Below, piece by piece: positions 47,903-56,040 of a DNA stretch of 64,000 nucleotides. The translations under genes and the position numbers were made by a program. The DNA comes from Myxococcota bacterium (GTDB lineage Bacteria > Myxococcota_A > UBA9160 > SZUA-336), in the NCBI GenBank assembly GCA_035498015.1, contig DATKAO010000154.1, forward strand, positions 870 to 64,869, given 5' to 3'. The notes under the pieces are model-generated. The model had not been told where the DNA came from. It was given only the letters and a program-made list of their open reading frames with translations, and ran no database searches. Numbering within the stretch: position 1 is the stretch's first letter; the number at the start of each line of letters is the position of its first letter.

Positions 47903-49737
47903 TCCGGCCTCCGCAGCCCGCCGAGCTTCGAGACACTCTGCAGCACGCCCAGCGCGACCGGCGGCGCCAGGAAGAACAGCGCCAGCGCGACCGGCAGCGC
48001 GAAGCCGAGCGTGCCCAGGTCCCAGGGCACGGGCAGGATGCCCGGCGCGTGCAGCGCCGCCAGCCCCGACCCGAGCGAGAACAAGAGCCAGGTGCCGCGC
48101 ACGGTGCGATCGTCGACCAGATCGACCAAGCCGGGCGCGGCCAGCGAAGCGAGTGACTGACTCAGGATCGCGCGCCGCTGGCGGCGGCGGTCGCGGTCGA
48201 GCTCGAGCTTGCGCAGGCGCGGGTCGGTGCGCTCGCGCTTGATGAACAGGCGCACGCAGCGCATGCAGGTGCCCGCCGAGCGCGCTTCGCGCGAGCAGCG
48301 CGCGCAGATCGGCTGGTCGCAGCGGCTGCAGCGCGACACGCTGTCGCGGCGCAGCACGAGCGCGAGCAGCGCGGCTGCGGGCAGGAGCATCCACAGCCGG
48401 TCGCGCTGGAACGTGCCGAGCAGGCGCTCGCGCAGCTCGGCCGCGAGCGCGCGAGAGTCCTCGCTGGGCGCGAGCGCGCGGGCGCCGTAGATCGCGAGCG
48501 AGAGCGACGGCGCGATCAGGCACTTGTGCACGTTCACGCCCTCGTTCGCGTTGTAGCGGCTCACCAGCTCGGGATCGAGCGCGCGCGCGGCGTCGAAGGC
48601 GACCGGGCGCTCGGTGAGCCGGAACGCGCGGCCGTAGGCCTGCGACAGGTTGAAGACCACCGGCGCGGTCTCCTCGGCGGCGCGCGCCCGCTCGAAGCTC
48701 GAGATCGCCTCGCTCACGTCGCCGCGCGCGAGCCGCACGATGCCGCGCAGGTTGAGCTGTGCGGCACGGATCGCCGGCGGCAGCGAGTCACTCGGCGTGC
48801 CCAGCGCGTCCTCCACGCGCCCGAGCTCGCCGCGCCGCAGCCAGGCGGTCGCCAGGGCCAGGCGCATCAGCGCGTCGTCGGGCTGGCGCTGACTCGCCGC
48901 CTGCACGCGCTCGAAGTCGCCGGGAAGTGACTGGCCGCGGTCGATGCGGTAGGCGGCCATCAGCGCCGGCTCGCGACCCACCGCCGCGAGCGCCGGCGAG
49001 CTGCGCTCGAGCCCGGGCCCGAGCGCGAAGCCCGCGGCCGCGAGCGACCCCGCCACGAACAGCGCCTCGCGCCGCGGCAGCCGCATGGCGCCGATCGCGC
49101 CGAACAGCGCCGCCAGCGCGATCGGTCCGATGCCGAAGAGCGGCGCTGCGCCGAGCGCCGCCAGCAGCAGCAGCACTCCGGGCCAGCCCGGCGGGTTCCG
49201 GGCCGAGAGCGTGTGGCCGAAGGCGTGGCCGTGCAGCCCGAAGCCGCGCAGCGCCGCGAAGATCGAAGCGCCCACGGCCAGCGCGAGGATCCCCCCACCG
49301 ACCGTGATCGCGAACAGCGCCAGCGCGAACAGGGCACCCGGCAGGCACGAGCCGAGCGCGCGCAGCGCGAAGAACAGTTCCTTGGGATCGCCCGAGATGC
49401 GCGCCGCCTCGAAGCGCACGCCGGGCGAGCCGGGCGCGAGCGCGACGGCCTTGTCCACGAGCTCCGGCCGGGCCTCGGCGCGGGCGGTCTCGAGCAGCGC
49501 CCAGGCCAGGATCGGCAGCTCGTCGAAGCCGCGGTCGTGCATGGCCTCGGCGGCGCCACTCACGCGGTCGGGCGTCGACAGCCCCGCCCCGCTCTCGGGC
49601 TCGGGCAGCGGCCCGCTCGGGACCTCGAGCGGCTTCTGCTGACCGGACGCGCCGGCCAGCGCCCCAGGCGCGACCGCGACGGTCGCGAGCGCCAGCAGCG
49701 CCAGCGCCATCGCGCGCATTCGCCAGATCGCGGGCAC
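47899..49737 (-). CDS. Membrane protein with TPR-like repeats and an internal C4 zinc ribbon (hypothetical)
   Basis: Signal/TM N-terminus and several TM helices. CSRCDQPICARCSREARSAGTCMRC zinc-ribbon-like. TPR-like LRRGELGRVEDAL... Function unknown. Confidence 0.4.
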   Translation of the reverse strand: MPAIWRMRAMALALLALATVAVAPGALAGASGQQKPLEVPSGPLPEPESGAGLSTPDRVSGAAEAMHDRGFDELPILAWALLETARAEARPELVDKAVALAPGSPGVRFEAARISGDPKELFFALRALGSCLPGALFALALFAITVGGGILALAVGASIFAALRGFGLHGHAFGHTLSARNPPGWPGVLLLLAALGAAPLFGIGPIALAALFGAIGAMRLPRREALFVAGSLAAAGFALGPGLERSSPALAAVGREPALMAAYRIDRGQSLPGDFERVQAASQRQPDDALMRLALATAWLRRGELGRVEDALGTPSDSLPPAIRAAQLNLRGIVRLARGDVSEAISSFERARAAEETAPVVFNLSQAYGRAFRLTERPVAFDAARALDPELVSRYNANEGVNVHKCLIAPSLSLAIYGARALAPSEDSRALAAELRERLLGTFQRDRLWMLLPAAALLALVLRRDSVSRCSRCDQPICARCSREARSAGTCMRCVRLFIKRERTDPRLRKLELDRDRRRQRRAILSQSLASLAAPGLVDLVDDRTVRGTWLLFSLGSGLAALHAPGILPVPWDLGTLGFALPVALALFFLAPPVALGVLQSVSKLGGLRRPE

Positions 49738-49790
49738 GCCTCTCCCTTCCAGGAACTAGACCGAGTCAGTGCCTTGATTCGGCTCGCGGA

Positions 49791-51476
49791 CTAGGCCGCT
49801 GAAGGTCGCAGGCGCAGCGCGCGGCGCAGCACGCCGCGCACGAGCGCGAACTCCGGCGCGCCGAACAGCCAGAGACCCGCCAGATAGACGAGCCCGCCAG
49901 CGCTGATCAGGAGCGTCAGGCGGATCGCGGCGGCCACCGAGGCCCGCGCGGGCGCGAGCGCCCCGCCGGCCCAGAGCACGAGCGACATGAGCGCCGTGGC
50001 CGCCACCAGCCGCAGATAGCCGGCCCAGTCACTCGCGTGCACGTGCGCGCCGTAGCGCAGGCGCGAGACCGCGATCACGTAGCCGGCATTGGCCGCGGCC
50101 GCGGCCGAGGTCGCGAACGCCACGCCCAGCCAGCCCAGGTCGACGATCACGCAGCGGTGCTGCGCGGCCACCGCCCACTCGGGCAGCACGCCCGCGGGCA
50201 GCGGACCCACGCAGGTGAGCGCCGCGATCACGTTCACCAAAAGACTCACGACCGCCGCCTGCGCGCCGGTGCGCGTGTCGTGGTGGGCGATGCACAAGTT
50301 CACCCAGATGCGCGCCAGGCCGATCGGCACCAGCCCGAGGCCGTAGTAGAGCAGCGAGAGACCGCAGCCCCGCACCGCCTCGGGGCCGAACGTGCTCGGG
50401 TTCCAGCCGAACAGCACCGACACGATCGGGTCGCGCAGCACGACCAGGCCCGCGGTGCACGGCAGAGTGAGTGCCAGCACCAGGCCGATGGTCTGCGCGA
50501 ACGAGCGCTCCAGGCCCGTGCGGTCCTGACTCGCGACCTGGCGCGCGAACAGCGGCAGGCTCGACGTGGCGATGCCGAACACGAACACGCCCAGCGGCAG
50601 CTCGAGCAGGCGCGTCGCGTAGTACATGTACGAGACCGGGCCATCGCCGAAGAAGCTGGCGATCGCGCGGGTGGTGATCGTGTTGAGCTGGTAGGCCGAC
50701 GCCCCGACGATCGACGGCAGCAGCATGATCAAGAGCTGGCGGATCGCGGGGTCGTTCGGCGCCCACAGGATGCGCGGCGCGAAGCCGCGCTCGCGCAACG
50801 GCCCGAGCTGTGCCAGCACCTGCAGCACTCCGGCCGCCACCACGCCCCAGGCCAGAGCCGTGATCGGCGGATCGAACCACCACACGCCCGCGAACACCGC
50901 GACGATCTGACACAGGTTCAGGAACACCGGCGCGATCGCCGGGCGGAAGAAGTGACCCATCACGTTGAGCGCGCCCATCGCCACCGCGACCAGCGTGAGA
51001 CTCACGATATACGGGAAGCACAGCCGGAGCAGGTCGCCGGTGAGTGCGCGCTTCACCGGGTCGGCCGCGTAGCCCGGTGCGAAGGTCACCACCAAAGGAT
51101 CCGCCGCCCACATGCCCACCAGGCAGATCGCGAGCCCGGCCAGCAGCGCCAGCGTCCAGGTAGCGTGGAAGACCCGGCGCGCCTCGTCGTCGGAGCGCTG
51201 CAGCGCGCGGCTGAAGATCGGCACGAAGGCGAGCGTGAGCGAGCCCTCGCCCACCAGCCGCCGGAACAGATTGGGGATGGTGAACGCCACGAAGAACGCG
51301 TCGCTCGCCGCGACCGGGAACGCGTACGCGATCAGGCTGTCGCGCACGAGTCCGAGCACGCGGCTGGCCATCGTGGCGGCGGCCACGACGCCCGCCGAGC
51401 GGGAAACCCGCGCCACGGCGTCCGTTGACACCGTGGTCGCCTCGGGGTACTTACCGGCTCCCTCGGAGGTCTCCAT
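49791..51476 (-). CDS. murJ: Lipid II flippase MurJ (MviN)
   Basis: ...SRVLGLVRDSLIAYAFPVAASDAFFVAFTIPNLFRRLVGEGSLTLAFVP... matches the MurJ N-terminus. 14 TM helices. The true start is probably the GTG at 51416 or 51431, not the ATG at 51476 that shares CCATGG with the rpsT start. Confidence 0.8.
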   Translation of the reverse strand: METSEGAGKYPEATTVSTDAVARVSRSAGVVAAATMASRVLGLVRDSLIAYAFPVAASDAFFVAFTIPNLFRRLVGEGSLTLAFVPIFSRALQRSDDEARRVFHATWTLALLAGLAICLVGMWAADPLVVTFAPGYAADPVKRALTGDLLRLCFPYIVSLTLVAVAMGALNVMGHFFRPAIAPVFLNLCQIVAVFAGVWWFDPPITALAWGVVAAGVLQVLAQLGPLRERGFAPRILWAPNDPAIRQLLIMLLPSIVGASAYQLNTITTRAIASFFGDGPVSYMYYATRLLELPLGVFVFGIATSSLPLFARQVASQDRTGLERSFAQTIGLVLALTLPCTAGLVVLRDPIVSVLFGWNPSTFGPEAVRGCGLSLLYYGLGLVPIGLARIWVNLCIAHHDTRTGAQAAVVSLLVNVIAALTCVGPLPAGVLPEWAVAAQHRCVIVDLGWLGVAFATSAAAAANAGYVIAVSRLRYGAHVHASDWAGYLRLVAATALMSLVLWAGGALAPARASVAAAIRLTLLISAGGLVYLAGLWLFGAPEFALVRGVLRRALRLRPSAA

Positions 51477-51726
51477 GGCTACCCACCAATCGGCGAAGAA
51501 GCGCCACGCTCAATCGCTTCGGCGCCGGGCGCGCAACAACCAGATCCACAAGACCGTGCGCGGCGCGGTCCGGAAGCTGCGCGAGGCCAAAGCCGCGGGA
51601 TCCAAGGAAGTTCCGAGCCTGCTGCGCGACGCCGAGCGGCTGCTCCGCAAAGCCGCCAGCAAGGGCGTGATCCACAAGCGCACCGTGTCGCGAACGGTCT
51701 CGCGCCTGTCAAAGCTCGCCCGGTAG
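51475..51726 (+). CDS. rpsT: 30S ribosomal protein S20
   Basis: MATHQSAKKRHAQSLRRRARNNQIHKTVRGAVRKLREA... is S20. RBS GGAGG 6 nt upstream. A TTGACA -35-like hexamer at 51425-51430. Confidence 0.9.
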   Translation: MATHQSAKKRHAQSLRRRARNNQIHKTVRGAVRKLREAKAAGSKEVPSLLRDAERLLRKAASKGVIHKRTVSRTVSRLSKLAR

Positions 51727-51737
51727 TCGTCTTACTG

Positions 51738-51846
51738 GCGTTCGTTCGCCTGCGGCTCACTGCGCGCGGCTCGTCATGTGACCGCGTGGGCACCCTACCC
51801 ACGCTCGGGCCTTGCGGGCCTCGCTCAGGGCGGCCTTCGCTCGGCC
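51738..51846. repeat. REP-like composite repeat, copy 1 (inverted orientation) between rpsT and holA
   Basis: Contains the reverse complements of unit A (ttcgttcgcctgcggctcactgcgcgcg) and of hairpin+unit B (gcgtgggcaccctacccacgc...cttgcgggcctcgctcagggcggccttcgctcggcc). Perfect 7-bp stem at 51784-51804. Confidence 0.7.
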
Positions 51847-51849
51847 TGG

Positions 51850-52854
51850 TCACGCGCAGACGGCGAGCACCAGGCGTTCGAGGGCCATGCGCGGGCCGAT
51901 CGGCACGCCGCCCTTGAGCGCGAGGTCCGTGCGCCGCACGGCATCGAGACACGCGCGCAGGCGGCGCAGGTCGAAGCGGCGGGCCTGTTCGACCAGCTTC
52001 TCCGCCGCAAACGGGTGAATTCCGAGCTTGCGCTGCACCGCGCTCGCCTCGAGCGGCCGCAGCTCGCGCGCGCGCAAGAGGCGCCGGAAGTGATTCGCGA
52101 GCGCGCCCACCAGCATGAGCGGCGGCTGCCCCTGCGCGGACATCTCGCCCACCATGCGCAGCGCGTTCGCGAGCCGGCGCTCTCCGATCGCGTCGCACAG
52201 CTCGTAGACCGCGCGCTCGCGCAGCTGGCCCACGAGCTCGCCCACGTCGTCGGGGTCGAGCGTGCCGGCGTCGCCGAGATACAGCGCGAGCTTCTCGATC
52301 TCGAGCGCGAGCCGGTCGAGGTCGGGTCCCACCAGGTCGAACAAGGTCGAGGCCACGCCGCTCTCGGCGCGCACACCGCGCTGCTTCATCCGGCCCTCGA
52401 TCCAGCGCCGCACGTCGGCCGGACGGTTCGGCGGGGCGCACTCGATCACGCGCCCGATCTTCGCCACCCGCTTCACCCACTTCTGGCGCTTGTCGACCGA
52501 TTCGGCCTCCAGCACGAGGCAGGTGGTCTCGAGCGGCGCCTCGAGATACTCGAGCAGCGCCCCGTCGAGAAACTTCTCCGCGCGCTTCTCGGCCAGGCCG
52601 CGCACCAGCACCAGCCGGCGCTGCGCCATGACCGGCAGCGTGCGCGCCGCTGCGATGATCGCGAGCGGATCCAGCCCGGACAGCGACAGGTCGAAGCGGT
52701 CCTCGTTGAACTCGCGCAGCGCGCCAGCCAACACGGTTTCGCGCAGCTCGGCGAGCGCCGCATCGCGCAGCGTCGCTTCCGGCCCTTCGACCAGGACCAC
52801 GGACGCGACAGATTCAGAACTTCTGGAAGAGCTCATCGTGGACCCGCTCGGCAA
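51850..52854 (-). CDS. holA: DNA polymerase III subunit delta
   Basis: ...VVLVEGPEATLRDAALAELRE...LVLVRGLAEKRAEKFL...RRLANALRMVGEM is the HolA clamp-loader delta fold. Conserved holA-lptE pairing. The 5' end probably starts downstream of 52854 (41-nt overlap with lptE). Confidence 0.75.
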   Translation of the reverse strand: MPSGSTMSSSRSSESVASVVLVEGPEATLRDAALAELRETVLAGALREFNEDRFDLSLSGLDPLAIIAAARTLPVMAQRRLVLVRGLAEKRAEKFLDGALLEYLEAPLETTCLVLEAESVDKRQKWVKRVAKIGRVIECAPPNRPADVRRWIEGRMKQRGVRAESGVASTLFDLVGPDLDRLALEIEKLALYLGDAGTLDPDDVGELVGQLRERAVYELCDAIGERRLANALRMVGEMSAQGQPPLMLVGALANHFRRLLRARELRPLEASAVQRKLGIHPFAAEKLVEQARRFDLRRLRACLDAVRRTDLALKGGVPIGPRMALERLVLAVCA

Positions 52855-53335
52855 TCTCGGACGAGATCCGGCGCAGCGCCTGCTCCTTGTTGCTCACGTA
52901 TACCTGCGGATCGGCGCTCGACAGGAACACTTCGCGCATGTGGAGGTCGTTGTGCTGCCAGACGAGCTCGCCGTTGCTGACCCGGTGCACACTGACGTTG
53001 AACGCGACGTCGATGCCCTCTTCGAGGGCGAGCGCACCCGACGAATACGAACTCGAGTGCACCGTAGCGCTGAGCAGGGTGCCGCGCAGCACGAGGTCCG
53101 CCGCCCCCTGCCCTTCGAGCTGCGGCTTCAGCAAGCCGCGCCGCGCGAACTCCTCGTTCATCGCCTCGCCCACGAGCTGCTCCAAGCCAGGCTCGCGCGT
53201 GTCGTTCTCGAACGACTTGAGCTCGATCGACTGGGCGCCGGGTCCGAACGGATTGCGGCCGTTCAGCGCCTGATAGCCGCACCCCGACAGAGCGAGAACC
53301 ACAGCGAGCCACAGGCCCGCGCGCCACCGACTCAT
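52814..53335 (-). CDS. lptE: LPS-assembly lipoprotein LptE (RlpB)
   Basis: Lipobox LALSGCGY. 173 aa. Position immediately downstream of holA, as in many Proteobacteria. Confidence 0.65.
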   Translation of the reverse strand: MSRWRAGLWLAVVLALSGCGYQALNGRNPFGPGAQSIELKSFENDTREPGLEQLVGEAMNEEFARRGLLKPQLEGQGAADLVLRGTLLSATVHSSSYSSGALALEEGIDVAFNVSVHRVSNGELVWQHNDLHMREVFLSSADPQVYVSNKEQALRRISSEIAERVHDELFQKF

Positions 53336-53366
53336 CGCTGGCGATATTAGCCCTCAATTGGGGACC

Positions 53367-53595
53367 GGCCGAGCGAAGGCCGCCCTGAGCGAGGCCCGCA
53401 AGCGCCGTAGGCGCGCGCAGTGAGCCGCAGGCGAACGAAGCCAATCAGGCCGAGCGAAGGCCGCCCTGAGCGAGGCCCGCAAGCGCCGAGCGTGGGTAGG
53501 GTGCCCATGCGATCACAGGTCGAGCCCCACCGCGGGACATCGGCCCGCGGTCCGATGTCGGCAGTGAGCCGCAGGCGAACGAAGCCAATCAGGCC
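53367..53595. repeat. REP-like composite repeat, copy 2: tandem arrangement of units B, A, B, hairpin, A
   Basis: Unit A (cagtgagccgcaggcgaacgaagccaatcaggcc) at 53418-53451 and 53562-53595. Unit B (ggccgagcgaaggccgccctgagcgaggcccgcaagcgcc) at 53367-53406 and 53448-53487. Hairpin gcgtgggtagggtgcccatgc at 53490-53510. Confidence 0.75.
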
Positions 53596-54599
53596 CGCAG
53601 AGGGGCCGCGCGGCGCTCGAGCTCTTCGACCAGGAAGTCGCGTTCGGCGCGCACGGCCGGGGCGACGCGCGAGTTGAAGTGCTGGCGGGCTTCGGCGAGC
53701 TCGCCTGCGAGCTCCTTCGACGCGGTGCCGCGCGCGGCGGCCGCGGCGAACTTCTCCTGGTTGTAGAGGATCACGTCGGAGACGGCGATGCGCGCCAGGC
53801 GTTCGGCCGCCGCGATCGCCGGGTCACTCGAGGGTGGCGGCGGAGCGGCGGGTGCCGGCTTGGCCGCCGGGGCAGGCGCGGGCTTGGGCGGGGCCACGGG
53901 GCTCGGCTTCGCGACGGGGGCAGCGGGCTTGGCGACCGGCGCGGGCGGAGTCACTGCCTGGGTCGGCTTCGCGCCCACGCCGATCCGCTCCAGGATCTCG
54001 GCCAGGCCCGCGGGGTAGTCACCGGCCTCGAGCATCTCCTCGGCGTCGTAGCCCGGGGTGCCCGTCTGGTCGGTCGAGCCCGCCACGCGGATCAGCTTCA
54101 CGGCGGCCAGGTCGCTGGCGCGCTGCGCGATCTCGGCGATGCGCGAGCCGGGCAGCGAGGGCAGGCCCTCGCCCAGCACCGCAAGCGCCGGCGGCTGGCG
54201 GAACAGGTGCACGAGCGCCTCGGCGCCGTCGTCGACCACGTCGCTCTCGATGCGCCACGCGGCGAACAGCTCGACCACGGCCTTGGCCGCGTCGGAGTCG
54301 CGCTCCGCGATCAGTGCGCGCGCGAGCGGCGGCAGCGGCTTGGGCTTGGGCGGCGCAGGCGGCGGCGCGGCGGGCGCCGGCGGAGTCACTTTCGCTGCCG
54401 GCACAGTTGCGGGCTTCGCGGGAGCGGCGGCCACCGGCGACGGCTTCGCCTCGGGCGGCGTGGGCGGCGAGCCCTCGGGCGGCGCCTGCACGCGGAAGAT
54501 GGTCTGGCACTGACTGCAGCGGATGCGGGCCCCCTGCGGACCGATCTTCTCCCGGGCGAGCCGGTAGCGGGTCTGACACTGGGGGCAGGAGGCGATCAC
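53589..54599 (-). CDS. MJ0042-type zinc-ribbon protein with proline/alanine-rich low-complexity linkers
   Basis: Putative GTG start at 54599 (VIASCPQCQTRYRLAREKIGPQGARIRCSQCQTIFRV is the MJ0042 zinc finger). Then PAPAKPATVPAAKVTPPAPAAPPPAPPKPKP tracts and a C-terminal helical domain. The N-terminus of the listed 709-aa ORF is shadow. Confidence 0.5.
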   Translation of the reverse strand: MIASCPQCQTRYRLAREKIGPQGARIRCSQCQTIFRVQAPPEGSPPTPPEAKPSPVAAAPAKPATVPAAKVTPPAPAAPPPAPPKPKPLPPLARALIAERDSDAAKAVVELFAAWRIESDVVDDGAEALVHLFRQPPALAVLGEGLPSLPGSRIAEIAQRASDLAAVKLIRVAGSTDQTGTPGYDAEEMLEAGDYPAGLAEILERIGVGAKPTQAVTPPAPVAKPAAPVAKPSPVAPPKPAPAPAAKPAPAAPPPPSSDPAIAAAERLARIAVSDVILYNQEKFAAAAARGTASKELAGELAEARQHFNSRVAPAVRAERDFLVEELERRAAPLRA

Positions 54600-54715
54600 G
54601 AGCGACTCCTCGAGTCCGGAAGCGTGGGCAGGCCCGCGCCGTCCACTTGTCGCGTGACTGATGTGTGCACGCCGGAGGCAGCCGCACGCAGTATCGGCCG
54701 TGACTTGGCCACGCT

Positions 54716-55960
54716 TTATGCGCCCGAGGCGAGCGCGTTCGTCAACGCGCGCAGGAAGTGCTCGAGGTCGCCGGGCTTGGGCCGCGGCTCGGGCCGGTGC
54801 AAGACCGCGAGGCCCGGTGCCGCGACTTTCTCGCCCAGCTTGGCCAGCACCACGAGGCGCATGCGGGGCGCGATCGCCAGCATGCGGCCCGCGAAGCGGC
54901 GCCAGCCCAGGCCCTGGCGCGCGTCGATCGGGTCCTCGACCGCCGAGCCCAGCACCACGGCCGGGATCTCGCCGCGCACCACGTACTGTTTGAAGCGCGC
55001 CAGCGCGTCGGCCGGGCTCTGGAAGATGTGCACGCGGATCGGCTGGCTGGCGAGCCCGGACTTCAGCTTCTCGAGCAGCGGCAGGTCGGCATCGATGCAG
55101 ATCAGCGAGGTCGGGAGCTTGGCCGTGCCCGGAACGCGCACCTCGGTGGTGACCGGCTCGTCGCTGTCGGCGAGCGGCGTGCCCGACACCACGGTCGCGT
55201 CGGGATCGCGCAGCGCGGGCCGCGCGCTGGCCGGAGTGACTCCCAGGCGCATGCGCACCGGCGTGTCGTCGTCTTCGCGCGGCGGCACCAGCGGCGCGGC
55301 CTCGAGGTCGGGGGCCGGCTCCTGTTCGGGCGGCGGCTCGATCTCGGGCACGCTCGGGGCGGGCGCAGCCTCGACCTCCTCCTCCTCGACTTCTTCCGCG
55401 CTGGCTGCGATCGGCTCGGGCTCGGCCTCGGTGACCTCGATCTCCTCTGGCTCCGGCTCCGGCTCCGGCTCGGTGACTGCCGGCTCGGCCTTCGCGGGCG
55501 GCTCCTCGCCCTCGAACACCACGTCGACGTTCTGTGCGGCGCTCTCGTCTTCGAGGCGCGCGCCCTCGAGCGCGAGAAACTCGGGAGACAGGGGGCTCGG
55601 CAGCAGGATGCCCTGCGGCCCGCGCCACTGCAGCGCCGGGTCGTCGAGCGGCTCGAAGGTGAAATCGCCCTCGGCCCAGTCGAAGATCGCGAGGATCGCC
55701 TGCACCGCCGCGTCCCACAGCATGGCGGCGGCGACGTCGGAGTCACCGCCCTCGTCGAGGCCCGCCTTGCGCAGGATCTCGTCGCGGTTCAAGTCGCCGC
55801 TCTCGAGCGCCACGCGCACGATGCCGCCGTCGCGCAGCCCGAGCCACGCCACTCCGCCCTGCTCGGAACAGATCTCGAGCGCTCCGGTCTTTCGCGACAG
55901 CGCGACGACCTGCAAGAGCTCGGGCAAGCTCAAGTCGGACAGATTTCCGGCGAGACTCAT
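54716..55960 (-). CDS. DUF4388 domain-containing protein with acidic EPEPEP low-complexity linker
   Basis: Internal ATG start at 55960. MSLAGNLSDLSLPELLQVVALSRKTGALEI is DUF4388. The central Glu/Pro-rich spacer is encoded partly by a (CTCCGG)n hexanucleotide tract at about 55447-55473. C-terminal receiver-like region. Confidence 0.55.
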   Translation of the reverse strand: MSLAGNLSDLSLPELLQVVALSRKTGALEICSEQGGVAWLGLRDGGIVRVALESGDLNRDEILRKAGLDEGGDSDVAAAMLWDAAVQAILAIFDWAEGDFTFEPLDDPALQWRGPQGILLPSPLSPEFLALEGARLEDESAAQNVDVVFEGEEPPAKAEPAVTEPEPEPEPEEIEVTEAEPEPIAASAEEVEEEEVEAAPAPSVPEIEPPPEQEPAPDLEAAPLVPPREDDDTPVRMRLGVTPASARPALRDPDATVVSGTPLADSDEPVTTEVRVPGTAKLPTSLICIDADLPLLEKLKSGLASQPIRVHIFQSPADALARFKQYVVRGEIPAVVLGSAVEDPIDARQGLGWRRFAGRMLAIAPRMRLVVLAKLGEKVAAPGLAVLHRPEPRPKPGDLEHFLRALTNALASGA

Positions 55961-55992
55961 CCGGACAAAGAATCGGATTTTGCCGCTGGAAG

Positions 55993-56025
55993 ACTGAGCA
56001 TGGGTAGGGTGCCCATGCGACCCTG
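55993..56025. repeat. REP-like hairpin element, copy 3
   Basis: gagcatgggtagggtgcccatgcga shares a 25-nt core with copies 1 and 2. 7-bp stem gcatggg/cccatgc at 55998-56018 with loop tagggtg. Confidence 0.7.
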
Positions 56026-56040
56026 GGGCTTCGGGAGGGT

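Noticed and set aside
53336-53600. Regular-looking repeats after lptE considered as a possible CRISPR array
   Set aside because: The units are of unequal length (about 33 and 40 nt) and are arranged B-A-B-hairpin-A without uniform spacers. Copies also occur singly and inverted at 51738 and 55993, and no cas genes are present. This is better explained as a REP/BIME-like element.
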